Shown here one piece after another: positions 10,124 to 22,096 of a DNA stretch of 64,000 nucleotides (position 1 is the stretch's first letter; every line of letters begins with the position of its first letter). A program made the position numbers and the translations under genes. Under the pieces are notes generated by a model. It did not search any database and was not told the origin of the DNA. It worked only from the letters and a program-made list of their open reading frames with translations. The DNA comes from an uncultured Rivularia sp. (lineage in GTDB: Bacteria; Cyanobacteriota; Cyanobacteriia; Cyanobacteriales; Nostocaceae), in contig OY762007.1 in the NCBI GenBank assembly GCA_963665115.1, positions 8,032,001-8,096,000 on the forward strand, given 5' to 3'.

Positions 10124-10180
10124 GTAGTAGCGCTTCAGCGCATCCGAGTTCCGAATTTGGATGCGCTGAAGCGCTACTAC
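10124..10180. repeat. REP-like perfect 22-bp inverted repeat between convergent genes
   Basis: gtagtagcgcttcagcgcatcc / ggatgcgctgaagcgctactac; related copy at 43413-43460. Confidence 0.85.
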
Positions 10181-10198
10181 TAACAATACTGATAACTG

Positions 10199-12559
10199 TT
10201 ATTCCATTTTCTGCAATTGAGCAACTCTAGGATCGATGATTTTTTGACCTAAACCGGGGAATCTGATGGCTACGGAAACTTTATTCCCTCCACCAAAAAT
10301 ATGCGTGATTTCACCGGCTCCGAATGATTTATGCATTACTCTATCGCCCACTTGCCAATTTACGTTTGAAGTTGCTCTGCCACTACTTGCATTCTCAAAA
10401 CCATTATCGTAAGTTGCCGAAGTACGACCGCCAGTATTTGTATAAGTAATGCTACGAGGTCGTTGTGTCGCTAATAATTCTCTAGGTAACTCATCGAGAA
10501 ACTGCGATCGCACTGCTGGTTCGCGGGTTCCATACAGCCTGCGCTCTCGTGCGTGGGATATGAATAGTCTTTCTTGAGCGCGGGTAATACCGACGTAACA
10601 TAAACGACGTTCTTCTTCTAATGCGGCTGGGTCGTTCATGGAACGGTAGTTGGGAAATAGTCCTTGTTCTAACCCCACCAAGAAAACTACAGGAAATTCC
10701 AATCCTTTGGAAGAATGCAAAGTCATCAAAGATACCGCGCTTTGTCCTTCTTTGACGTTATCTAAATCGGAACTTAGAGCAGTGCTAGCAAGAAATCCTG
10801 CTAAAGAAGCGTCTTGTTCGGCTTCTTCTTCATACTGACGGACTGCGTTGTAAAGTTCTCCAACGTTGCGGATTCTATCTTCTGCTTCGTCGTTGCCTTG
10901 TTTTTGCAAGTCTTGGACGTAACCGGATTCATCTAAAACACTCTGTAAAATATCCGATGCACTGATATTTTCAATTTCTTGCTGAAACCGGCCAATCATC
11001 CGAGCAAAGTTATTTACCGATTTCGCCGAACGTCCACCCAAGGTATTAACTGATGTCTCATCGCTGAGTATTTCCCACAAACTTACGCCTAATTCCCTAG
11101 CGGCATTTGTGAGGCTTTCGATGGTGGCTTTACCAATACCGCGCCTGGGTGTATTAATTACCCGCAATAAACTTACAGTGTCATCGGGGTTGGCGATCGC
11201 CCTCAAGTAACCCAGTGCATCTTTAATTTCTTTGCGGTCATAAAATTTCAATCCCCCGACTACAGTATAGGGAATTCCGTTGCGTACCAACATATCCTCA
11301 AAGGGACGAGATTGAGCGTTAGTGCGATAAAGAATAGAAAAACTTCCCCAATTTATATCAGGATTTTCTTCTTCTAAAGAACGAATTTTATTAATGACAA
11401 AGTTAGCTTCTGCTACTTCATCTTCTGCTTTAAAATAAAATATCTGTTCGCCTTCACCCCTTGTCGGTTTGAGAACTTTATCAATCCGCTGGGTGTTGTT
11501 TTCAATTAAATGGTTGGCGGCTTGAAGAATATTTTCGCAGGAACGATAGTTTTCTTCTAACTTAACCATAGAACGAGTATCGTCATCTTCTAAACCATCA
11601 CCAAAATCTTGCTGAAAGTCCAGCAAAATAGTGAAGTCAGCCATTCTAAAAGAATAAATTGATTGATCTGCATCCCCTACCACAAATACAGAACGATTTT
11701 GCCAATTCCACTGACTTTTCTGTTCTCCATAAGTCGATAGCAGGCTAATCAATTGGTATTGAGTGCGGTTTGTATCTTGATATTCATCTACTAAGATATG
11801 ACGAAATTTATGATGCCAGTAACCTAAAACCTGCTCGTTTTGCTGAAATAACCTTACCGGAACCAAAATTAAATCGTCAAAATCTAGAGCATTATTTTCT
11901 GCTAACTTATCTTGATAGAGATTATAAACTTCTGCGATTACCCTTCCTTTATAATTTGGTTCTTCCTTCTCATATTCTTTCGGCGATAAACCCTGATTTT
12001 TAGCATTGCTGATTGTGTAGCGAACCGAACGGGGATTAAATTTTTTATCGCTGAGATTTAACTGCTTGGTAACAATTTCCTTGACCAAACTTTGAGCGTC
12101 AGATTCATCAAAAATAGAAAAATTACGCTTCCAGGTGCGCCCATTTTCATCCTGATATTTCTCAATATCAAACCGAAGAATCCGAGAAAGTAAACTATGA
12201 AAAGTTCCGCACCACAAATCTTTAATAACAGTCTTATAAACCTTCGATCTTAGCTTTACCTGGTCGTATTCTGGTAATAAATCGTAACGTTCGCCGTACT
12301 CCGAAAGTGCTAATTGCTCGGCAAATAGTTTTTGAATACGCTCCTTCATCTCTCGTGCGGCTTTATTGGTAAATGTTACCGCTAAGATATTTTCAGGATT
12401 TACTTTATTTTCGGTAATTAGATTCGCAATCCGATAAGTCAACGCTCGTGTTTTTCCCGAACCCGCGCCAGCAACAACTAGCAAAGGACCGCAAAAATGT
12501 TCGACAGCGCGACGTTGATGGGGATTGAGGTGACTTAGAGAGTCGGTAGTAGTTGTCAT
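10199..12559 (-). CDS. pcrA: ATP-dependent DNA helicase PcrA/UvrD
   Basis: AGAGSGKT, VTFTNKAA, LVDEYQD, VGDADQSIY, LEENYRS, TLHSSKGLEF, EERRLCYVGITRA, C-terminal Tudor-like domain; ATG 12559 preferred. Confidence 0.95.
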   Translation of the reverse strand: MTTTTDSLSHLNPHQRRAVEHFCGPLLVVAGAGSGKTRALTYRIANLITENKVNPENILAVTFTNKAAREMKERIQKLFAEQLALSEYGERYDLLPEYDQVKLRSKVYKTVIKDLWCGTFHSLLSRILRFDIEKYQDENGRTWKRNFSIFDESDAQSLVKEIVTKQLNLSDKKFNPRSVRYTISNAKNQGLSPKEYEKEEPNYKGRVIAEVYNLYQDKLAENNALDFDDLILVPVRLFQQNEQVLGYWHHKFRHILVDEYQDTNRTQYQLISLLSTYGEQKSQWNWQNRSVFVVGDADQSIYSFRMADFTILLDFQQDFGDGLEDDDTRSMVKLEENYRSCENILQAANHLIENNTQRIDKVLKPTRGEGEQIFYFKAEDEVAEANFVINKIRSLEEENPDINWGSFSILYRTNAQSRPFEDMLVRNGIPYTVVGGLKFYDRKEIKDALGYLRAIANPDDTVSLLRVINTPRRGIGKATIESLTNAARELGVSLWEILSDETSVNTLGGRSAKSVNNFARMIGRFQQEIENISASDILQSVLDESGYVQDLQKQGNDEAEDRIRNVGELYNAVRQYEEEAEQDASLAGFLASTALSSDLDNVKEGQSAVSLMTLHSSKGLEFPVVFLVGLEQGLFPNYRSMNDPAALEEERRLCYVGITRAQERLFISHARERRLYGTREPAVRSQFLDELPRELLATQRPRSITYTNTGGRTSATYDNGFENASSGRATSNVNWQVGDRVMHKSFGAGEITHIFGGGNKVSVAIRFPGLGQKIIDPRVAQLQKME

Positions 12560-13030
12560 GGAGTTTGGGTAAGCAGGAAAAATTACAAGTCGTAGCAATG
12601 CAGCAATGTGCTTTTGTAGTTACATTAATACAACTGTCTTATATTGCTAACTTTATAATCTTACCGAAATTTAGCCGATCAAAATTAAGATTATTTGCTA
12701 ATTTGCTTTGTTGTGGGTAAGTAAGCTGTAGAGAGATATCGCACTTAGCTTTAAGCTATGATGCATGTCGCGTAAGAGTTGATGCCGTTTTTTGCTAAAA
12801 CTTGCTTTCTAAACAGTATTATTTTTATAAAAAAATTATCATAAAAACAACAGCAACTAGAAAATACAAATTACTGCCATTTTTACTTTCCATTTGCTGT
12901 TTTTAAGATTTAAAATAATTCAATTCTGCTCCTATTTGGAAACAAACTATTATTTCCCTACTTACTCCATACATACCATCAGCTTTAAGCAATCTTATAT
13001 TGGGAAAGAAGTAAAATTCTATAAAATAAT

Positions 13031-13225
13031 TTACGAATTACGATTAACAGCAGCCAAAATACCTGCGCCGATAGCTAACAGCACTAAAGCCCAAATTGCC
13101 TCTTGAGGAAATTGTAATACTCCAAAGGCTTGTAATAAGAGAATTATAGCTAGAACTACTAATAAAGAACCAGCAACATATAAAAAAGTGGTAATGGCAA
13201 GATTAGGACGACGACTCACAAGCAA
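13031..13225 (-). CDS. Small two-TM membrane protein
   Basis: Two hydrophobic helices; GAGGAG upstream of TTG. Confidence 0.7.
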   Translation of the reverse strand: MLVSRRPNLAITTFLYVAGSLLVVLAIILLLQAFGVLQFPQEAIWALVLLAIGAGILAAVNRNS

Positions 13226-13334
13226 AACTCCTCACTATTTACAGCAAATTGTAGTTTATATTGTGGCATAATTTTCAGTTTTAGCATTAATTCAACTATG
13301 CCCTCATGTTAATTGGGATTCTATAAGACTTGAA

Positions 13335-14114
13335 TCAATCAAAAAGCTTACTCACAATCATTTTGAAAATATCATTAAATTTCTTCTTAGCTGCTTCAAA
13401 CTCAATTACTTCGTAACTGGGAGACTCTAATTTATCTAACTGATTTTCCCGTAAATAAACGTGATAGCGGACTTCAATCTGAAGACTTTCTACATTAGGC
13501 ATCTCACCGTAATGTCTTGTAATATATCCTCCAGTAAAAGTTTTATTTCTCACAACTTGTAAACCTTGACTGGCAAAGCATTTATCGACAGTAGAAATTA
13601 ACAGATCGGAGCAAGTTTGATTATTTACGTTTCCCAAACAAACATCGTCGTTTATTAATCCGCAGAAACTATGTAAATCTAAAAGATAAACGAGGCCAAA
13701 CTCTTCGATTTTTTCCTGAAGAACCGATTTTAATTGATGGTGGTAGGGAAGATAGTATTTTTCAACTCTTGCTTCTATCTGTTCTTGACTGGGTTTATTT
13801 TGATAGATCGGTTTATTAAAAGCTGTATTTTCTGGAATAACTGAAGACCAAAAAGAGCCAAAAAATGGTTCTTTAGCTTGACGATTTAAATCAACAACAT
13901 ATCTATTATGAGTAGCTTGTAAAACCGTAATTCCTAAATTGGGAAGAAAGTCATAAAGTTTATCAAGATGCCAATCACTATTAGGTAGAGATTTTAAATG
14001 TTCGGTTGTAAATTGAGCAGCGATATCTTCAGGTACAAATAAGCCACTATGAGGAATATTCGCGATTATAGGTAATGGTTTATCCGTAGGTCGATAAATG
14101 TTAAATAATTGCAT
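13335..14114 (-). CDS. N-formylglutamate amidohydrolase family protein
   Basis: IPHSG, DWHLDKLY, RYVVDLNR, YYLPYH, LDLHSF, FTGGYITRHYG, LQIEV. Confidence 0.85.
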   Translation of the reverse strand: MQLFNIYRPTDKPLPIIANIPHSGLFVPEDIAAQFTTEHLKSLPNSDWHLDKLYDFLPNLGITVLQATHNRYVVDLNRQAKEPFFGSFWSSVIPENTAFNKPIYQNKPSQEQIEARVEKYYLPYHHQLKSVLQEKIEEFGLVYLLDLHSFCGLINDDVCLGNVNNQTCSDLLISTVDKCFASQGLQVVRNKTFTGGYITRHYGEMPNVESLQIEVRYHVYLRENQLDKLESPSYEVIEFEAAKKKFNDIFKMIVSKLFD

Positions 14115-14319
14115 TGATTGAACAGTTAACAGTTAACAATGAGAAATTCATAGGGAAGAATAATCAAATAGTAAGTAAAAACTATATTTCACTTAGGTGA
14201 AAGCAGATATTACAGTGCGCTATGCTCCGCAACAACACAACGACAATATTGGGGGGAGGAGAATCCACATTCCAATTTGCCTCATTATTATTTACTGTTT
14301 ACTGTTTACTGTTAACTGA

Positions 14320-16038
14320 TTACTGTTCGCTGATTACTGGTAATAAAACGGTGAAAGTAGAACCTACTTCAAATTCACTTTGTACGTCAATATCACCACC
14401 CATCATTTGGCAAAAATGACGAGTAATAGCCAATCCTAATCCAGTTCCACCATACTTTTTAGTAGTTGAAGCATCACCTTGTGTAAATGGTTTGAATAGC
14501 TGCTGTAATTGATATTCGGTCATTCCTATGCCGGTATCTTTGACAACAAAGGTAATTGTTTCACCTGCTATGCTCGCTACAGCTTCTTTTTGCCGTCTAA
14601 TTTTCAGCGTTATTTTACCATTTCTGGTAAATTTCGAGGCATTGCTTAATAAGTTCAACAGCACCTGTCGTACCCTTGTTTGATCTTGATACATGGTGCC
14701 TAGTTCTCCATCGTAATCAATTTCTAACGAACTACCATTTTTTTCTATGGTTGGCTTGATGGTGGAAACAAGATTTTTTATCAATGGCAGCACTTCAAAG
14801 GTTTCCGGGTAAAGAGTCATTTTCCCGGCTTCAATTTTTGATAAGTCGAGGATGTCGTTAATCAGTTCTAATAAATGTCTACCTGATGTATTAATTATTT
14901 CTAGATCGGAGGTAAAATCTTCTTCTATACCTAAATCCGTAGCGTCTTCTTGTAAAAGTTGGCTTAAGCCGATTATGGCGTTTAGAGGCGTGCGTAATTC
15001 ATGGCTGACGTTTGCTAAGAATTGACTTTTTGCTTTGCTGGCTTCTTCTGCTAATTCTTTAGCCTGCTCTAATTGTTTAGTCCTTTTTGATACTCTTTCT
15101 ATTAAGTGGTTGAGTGATTTGGCTAATAAACCTATTTCATCTTCGGTAGTAACTGGAGCGCGTAAATCGAAATTTGATTTGCGAGCGACTTGTTCGGCTA
15201 CTTGAGTTACAACTATTACTGGTTCTGCTATAGCGCGGGAAGTTCGCCAAGCCACCACAACTGCGATCGCAACTGAAAGCAGCATACTGGCAATAACGAT
15301 TGTTCTTTCAATTCCTTTGGAAAATTCTAAGTCTTTGGCTCTACGAGTTTCTTGGCTTTTAGCATTTTGAAGAATGCTATTTAACCTTCTACCTAGCTGC
15401 TCTAAACTAATAGCTGTTTGAGAACGGGTAAGTTGGAGTAATTCTTGCTGTGTATCAGAAAGTTCCTGTGGCTGGGATTTACCTTCTGCTTGCTGCAAGA
15501 TTGAATCTAGCTTTCGCGTGTAAGACTCTAAGCTATCTTGGTACTCTCGTAGTAACACCTGAATAACTGGTTCTGCTGCCGCTAGTCTTCCAGGTTTTTC
15601 GCTAAGAAATTTTACAATTTTAGCTTCGACATCTTCGACTTTACGGATGCTTTCATCAAATCCAGATTTTTCGGCAGCAAGCTTTTGGGGTAGTTTTGCC
15701 ACTGTAGCCAAACTATAGCTGTGCAATTGTACTTCTACTAAAGCATCCTTGTAATCTGCCAACATTTGCGTTTGAAATTGGGCGTGTTCAAACTGTCTGA
15801 TTTCTCTTGCGCGGTAGTAGTTGGCAATTACCAATCCCACCAGCGAACCCAAAAAACCAATGCCAATCGCCACAAAATATCCGTAACCAATTTTTTGATG
15901 AATACGTTTAGAACTAGCTTTAAGTTTCCCACTGGAAGGAAATTCTAAGGTAGGCAGTTCATCATTTAAGGGCACATCTTCTGACACATCTTTTCTTTGT
16001 GAACTGCTGTATAAAGCGGTTGGCTTTTGAGTTTGCAT
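14320..16038 (-). CDS. Membrane HAMP-domain sensor histidine kinase
   Basis: Two TM helices, HAMP ([11 protein letters not shown]), [37 protein letters not shown]. Confidence 0.9.
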   Translation of the reverse strand: MQTQKPTALYSSSQRKDVSEDVPLNDELPTLEFPSSGKLKASSKRIHQKIGYGYFVAIGIGFLGSLVGLVIANYYRAREIRQFEHAQFQTQMLADYKDALVEVQLHSYSLATVAKLPQKLAAEKSGFDESIRKVEDVEAKIVKFLSEKPGRLAAAEPVIQVLLREYQDSLESYTRKLDSILQQAEGKSQPQELSDTQQELLQLTRSQTAISLEQLGRRLNSILQNAKSQETRRAKDLEFSKGIERTIVIASMLLSVAIAVVVAWRTSRAIAEPVIVVTQVAEQVARKSNFDLRAPVTTEDEIGLLAKSLNHLIERVSKRTKQLEQAKELAEEASKAKSQFLANVSHELRTPLNAIIGLSQLLQEDATDLGIEEDFTSDLEIINTSGRHLLELINDILDLSKIEAGKMTLYPETFEVLPLIKNLVSTIKPTIEKNGSSLEIDYDGELGTMYQDQTRVRQVLLNLLSNASKFTRNGKITLKIRRQKEAVASIAGETITFVVKDTGIGMTEYQLQQLFKPFTQGDASTTKKYGGTGLGLAITRHFCQMMGGDIDVQSEFEVGSTFTVLLPVISEQ

Positions 16039-16351
16039 CTCTCAAATCTCCTTACCCGAGAGAACTCTTATAAGGCTTTGTCTATGTGTTCTAAGTGTAA
16101 AACACTAAGAACGAGAATTTTGCCCCATTTTCTATAGATAAGTTTTTATCTCTCGCCATAATTTATACATAATTATTTAAAATTTAAAGCGGTGAAATAA
16201 GATCGAAATAGTAGTCAATAAGAATCATCTTCTTTTATAACAGTTATAAAAGCCCAATTACTAGGTACTTTGCACGAGGTTTACGATATCCTAGTTATTT
16301 TGCAGTAAAAATTTAACAAATTTTAATGGAAATAGGTTGATAAATTAAATA

Positions 16352-16387
16352 AGTGAGGAGTAGTAAACTTTAAATTTACTCCTCACT
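16352..16387 (-). terminator. Probable terminator hairpin downstream of metK
   Basis: agtgaggagta / tactcctcact 11-bp stem followed by U-rich tract on the minus strand. Confidence 0.5.
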
Positions 16388-16445
16388 CACTGTTTTCTTA
16401 CTACTAGACAGCTACCCGTCCACTAAAAACGGGGCTACCTACTTT

Positions 16446-17742
16446 TTATGAAAGGCTTAAAGCTTTAGTAGAGTTTGGAACTGCTACTCCATTTAAGTTG
16501 CTTGTTTCTTTCTTCAGCAATTGAGCTTTATCGGTACGCTCCCACGGTAAGTCTAAATCGGTACGTCCGAAATGACCGTAAGCCGCGACGTCCTGATAAA
16601 AACGTCCGCCTCGTTCATTTGACAATTTGTGTAAGTTGAAGGCATGAATAATACCGGCAGGACGTAGTTCAAAATGCTTTTCAACTAATTCCAACAAAGT
16701 TTGCTCTTCAACTTTACCCGTACCGAAGGTTTCTATCATTATGCTTACTGGTCGCGCAACACCAATGGCATAACTCAGTTGAACTTCACATTTTTCTGCT
16801 AAACCAGCAGCAACGATGTTTTTAGCCACATAACGACAAGCATAAGCTGCGCTACGGTCTACTTTTGTGGGGGTCCTTGCCAGAAAAAGCTCCGCCACCA
16901 TGTCGGGAATAACCACCATAGGTATCGACAATAATTTTGCGTCCGGTAAGACCTGAGTCTCCTTGAGGTCCACCAATTACAAATTTGCCGGTGGGGTTAA
17001 CCAAAAAGCGAGTGTTCTCGTCTGGCTTGATTTCAATGTCGCCGAATACAGGTTCAACTACCGCAGACCACAAATCTTGCTTAATTTTTTCCCTTACTGC
17101 GGCTTCATCGCTAATATCGCCGATGTTGGGCGCGTGCTGGGTGGAAACTAAGATGGTGTCAATACCCACGGGTTTGCCATCTTCGTAGGCAATACTTACC
17201 TGAGTTTTGCCGTCGGGACGTAAATAAGCTAATTCACCTGTCTTGCGAACTGCTGCTAATCTGCGAGCAATGCGATGAGCTAAGCTGATGGGCAAGGGCA
17301 TTAGTTCGGGAGTTTCGTCACAAGCGAAACCGAACATGATACCTTGATCGCCAGCACCAATCTTATCGAATTGTTCTTCGCTGGATTCTTCACGGTTTTC
17401 CTGAGCGGTGTTAACGCCTTGAGCGATATCCGCTGATTGTTCGTCTAAAGCTACTAAAATCGAACAGCTGTTGGCACAAAAACCATTTACAGCGTCGGTG
17501 TAACCAATCTCAGCTATTTTCTTTCTAGCGAGATTCATGTAGTTAACATTTGCTTTACTAGTTATTTCACCAGTAATTAGTACCAAGCCTGTATTGACCA
17601 CAACTTCTGCTGCAACGCGGCTTTTGGGGTCTTGTTCGAGTAAAGCATCCAGAATAGTATCTGAAATTTGGTCGCAGATTTTATCTGGATGACCCTCGGT
17701 TACAGACTCGGAGGTAAATAGATAGCGACGAGTCAAATTCAA
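16446..17742 (-). CDS. metK: S-adenosylmethionine synthetase (split by +1 frameshift at G5 run 16869-16873)
   Basis: [28 protein letters not shown]; removing one G restores [13 protein letters not shown] and joins the two ORFs. Confidence 0.95.
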
Positions 17743-18330
17743 TTCCTCCTAAAAGAGTATTTAGACTTAATTAATGCGAGCATTTTATTAAGTCACTTCA
17801 ATCGAGCGATAATCATAATTTTAAATCTTATGGTCAAATATTGCATTGACAATAAAATTTATTTTTAAGGATTAATCCTTAATGGGAGAACTACGCCCCC
17901 TACATCCCCTCAATACAAAAGCATTTGGGAATACTTTTGCAGATTGGTAATGCTGAACCTGTAAATCTTTTTTTGATTTGCTTGTTAATTTGAGGAAAGT
18001 TCGCGTCAAAGCCTATTAGTTTAAGTACCTAAGCACTTGTGCGCGGCTGACTTTCATTTGTTCAAGACTAACTAATAGCCTGACAGGTTCCTTTAACAAA
18101 TATAGAGCATATTTGACAACAAATAACTATGATTTTAATTAAATTAAACTATATCAATATTTGGGAAATCAATAATGAGTTAATGATTATTTTTTTTCAA
18201 ATCAATAGTTATCGAAATTACTTGAAAAGAAATAGTTTTTCTGTTACTTAGCTGATTTTTTAGGGATATTCGGTTTTTGAATTTTTTATTTAACTTAATT
18301 TAATTTATCTTAGCCTGTATTATTTTCATT

Positions 18331-18357
18331 AAAAAAGGGACATCATGTGGATGCCCC
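18331..18357 (-). terminator. Rho-independent terminator of prk
   Basis: Minus strand GGGGCAUC-CACAU-GAUGUCCC-UUUUUU. Confidence 0.75.
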
Positions 18358-18411
18358 AATCAAAAAAATAAAGCTTGTCAACAAATTTGATCGGCCTTTT
18401 AAATCCAGTTT

Positions 18412-19416
18412 TTAAACCTCAATAGCCATTTTCGCTTCTGTCTGTGTCAAGCGTTCGTAAGCAGCACGCATCTTCAAACCAGTTAAGACTTGGAATAAAC
18501 CCGTTCCATTATTAGAACCTGGATATTCGCGGTGCTGAAGTAACAAATGAGTCATCTCTCCCTGATACTTAGTAGATGTTTTACTCAAATGTGTCTCAAT
18601 ATAAATGACTTCATCGAGGTTATCAAATTGACCGTCAACCTCTAATACGGAGACATAGCGACCGTAGTATACATCGGAACCGTAGTACATCTGCATACCA
18701 GGGTAAGAACAAGTCAGCTTACGTCCGCAAGGAGTCCACTGAATTGTTGAACCTTCGTCAAACAAGTAAACGGGTTCAAAACCTTCTTTATCTTCCCGTT
18801 GCAGCATACGTACCCGCAGTACTTTACGCTCTTTGTCATCTTTAATCAGGTTGGTTGGTAACACCTGAAGAACCACATCAGCAAACTCTCTTTGTGGTTC
18901 AATATAGTTTTGGAAATCAGGTTTACGTGAATTGATTGCAGCCAAAACATCTTCGTAATCGTGACCTCTTTCTTCCATATCGCGCTGGATTTTCCAGGCA
19001 ATCTTAACTTCATCGCCAATGTCTAAATAAACGCTGAAATCAATTAAAGAACGCACTCGTTCGTCATATAAAGGATGCAAGCCTTCGATCACAATAATAT
19101 GATTTGGCTGTATCCTCTCAGGGGGATCTAATTCGCCGGTTTCATGGTTGTAAATAGGTTTATCAATGGCTTGACCTTCTTTTAGAGCTTTCATTTGCTC
19201 GTACATCAAGTCAAAATTATTTGCTTTTGGATTTAAGGCCGTAATACCTGTTTGTTTACGCTGCTTGCGATCCAAACTATGATAATCATCTAAACAGATG
19301 ACTGTCATAAATTCTTCACCGAACAAATCAATTAAACGACGCAAAAACGTAGATTTACCGCATCCGGAGTCTCCAGCAACTCCAATCATTACAATGCGAT
19401 CCGGCATATTTGTCAT
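18412..19416 (-). CDS. prk: Phosphoribulokinase
   Basis: GVAGDSGCGKST, ICLDDYH, WKIQRDM, PCGRKLTCSYPG. Confidence 0.97.
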   Translation of the reverse strand: MTNMPDRIVMIGVAGDSGCGKSTFLRRLIDLFGEEFMTVICLDDYHSLDRKQRKQTGITALNPKANNFDLMYEQMKALKEGQAIDKPIYNHETGELDPPERIQPNHIIVIEGLHPLYDERVRSLIDFSVYLDIGDEVKIAWKIQRDMEERGHDYEDVLAAINSRKPDFQNYIEPQREFADVVLQVLPTNLIKDDKERKVLRVRMLQREDKEGFEPVYLFDEGSTIQWTPCGRKLTCSYPGMQMYYGSDVYYGRYVSVLEVDGQFDNLDEVIYIETHLSKTSTKYQGEMTHLLLQHREYPGSNNGTGLFQVLTGLKMRAAYERLTQTEAKMAIEV

Positions 19417-20454
19417 AAATCCCCTCTAATTAGTTTCTAAAGATGACTGAATGAATATTTTTTTTACACAGATTTATTACAAGTCAGGAGTCCCCATTAC
19501 GGTTGCCCTGCGTTCTTGCTACACAACATCAATATACGACAAAAACGGGTAAGTAATGATTTTATTACTTGATCCCTGTCTTGTTAATCGCTATCTGTTG
19601 CTGTAAGTATTTAATCCTAGCTATATTTCGGATTGTAACAGAATCGACGTATTATATACAAGCTTTACAACTTCACAATAGCTATTACCAGCCGCTGCTC
19701 AAATTACGAATATTCATTTAATAATCAAAAAAATTATTCTATTGATGGATATAAAATCTATCATTTCTATCTACGGGTTGATTGTGCCAATTTTTCTATA
19801 ATAGATAACTGTATCATATTTTGATTACTTATACTTGCTAACTATGCCATAGTTATTAATATAGATATCGCAACGAAATTATAAAAGTTTTTCACCATAC
19901 ATACGATACTTAATGAGGGTAATTCGTCGGAATACCTGGGAACTAAGAATTACCTTCCATCTATGGATGGATGGGAAGTGTCAAAAAACATACTCTGAGA
20001 GCGATTGGTGCCAGAAATAGAAAAATACCTGTATTTTTGGTTTCTGAAAGTTCCCTTTAAGCTCCGTCAACAATAATATTTGTGAATGTTGACAGATGCT
20101 TCACATCACGTAAAACTGATTATAGTTGTTTATATAACTTTTAGTTGTCGATAAAACGCGATCGCATTTTAGTATTGCTACGGTGAAAGCCAAAGCAGAA
20201 AAAATTGTAGTTGTAAGCGTTCTTACTCAATTTAGATTAAGACCGATTTCGTCATTTGGAAGTATTAAGATCTGCGAATAACATAATTTAGATCGGTGGA
20301 AGAAGTCTCGCTCGGAAGCAGTATAATATTATATCTGTTAATTATTATCAATATAGTTGACATATATTGGCAGTTATAGTTTACCAGCAACTCGGTAAAT
20401 GCAAGCTACCTGACCTTCGCGGAAGGTAGAAATTGTCAAAGAAAAAATTAAATT

Positions 20455-20496
20455 GATTCATTATTAACATTCTGCGAGCAACTTATCAATTACTTT
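20455..20496 (+). promoter_or_regulatory. Putative NtcA-type (class II) distal promoter of petH
   Basis: Non-canonical GAT-N8-AAC (20455-20468), then exactly 22 nt, then TACTTT (TAN3T); about 200 nt upstream of the ATG. Confidence 0.4.
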
Positions 20497-20678
20497 AGAA
20501 GGTGAACAGGTGTGTCTTTAACTAACCCTGCCCCAGAAGTAGGCGAGTGTAAGCAGTAAAACTAATGGCTATATTTGCGGCCATTTCCCTTGTGGCAGTC
20601 GAGCTTGGTATACCGAAAATCGGATTTACGAGGTGGAACTGTATCAAAGGGAAAGATTTTTTGGAAAGGGTTAAGTAA

Positions 20679-21957
<1,279 letters not shown>

Positions 21958-22096
21958 AAAAAGTTGTTAGTCGAAAAGTTAATTTAGTTTACTTTTGACT
22001 GCTGACTTTTGACACAAAACATTTAGGTAGGGTATATTGCCCTACCTATATTATTTAGTGGAGTTAGGTGATTCAAATTAGGAGGGTGCTATAATC

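Noticed and set aside
13335..14114. Histidine utilisation (hut) operon
   Set aside because: No hutH/U/I/F adjacent; stand-alone family member
17880..18092. Canonical SAM-I or SAM-II riboswitch
   Set aside because: Consensus elements not found by eye; kept only as an unclassified structure candidate
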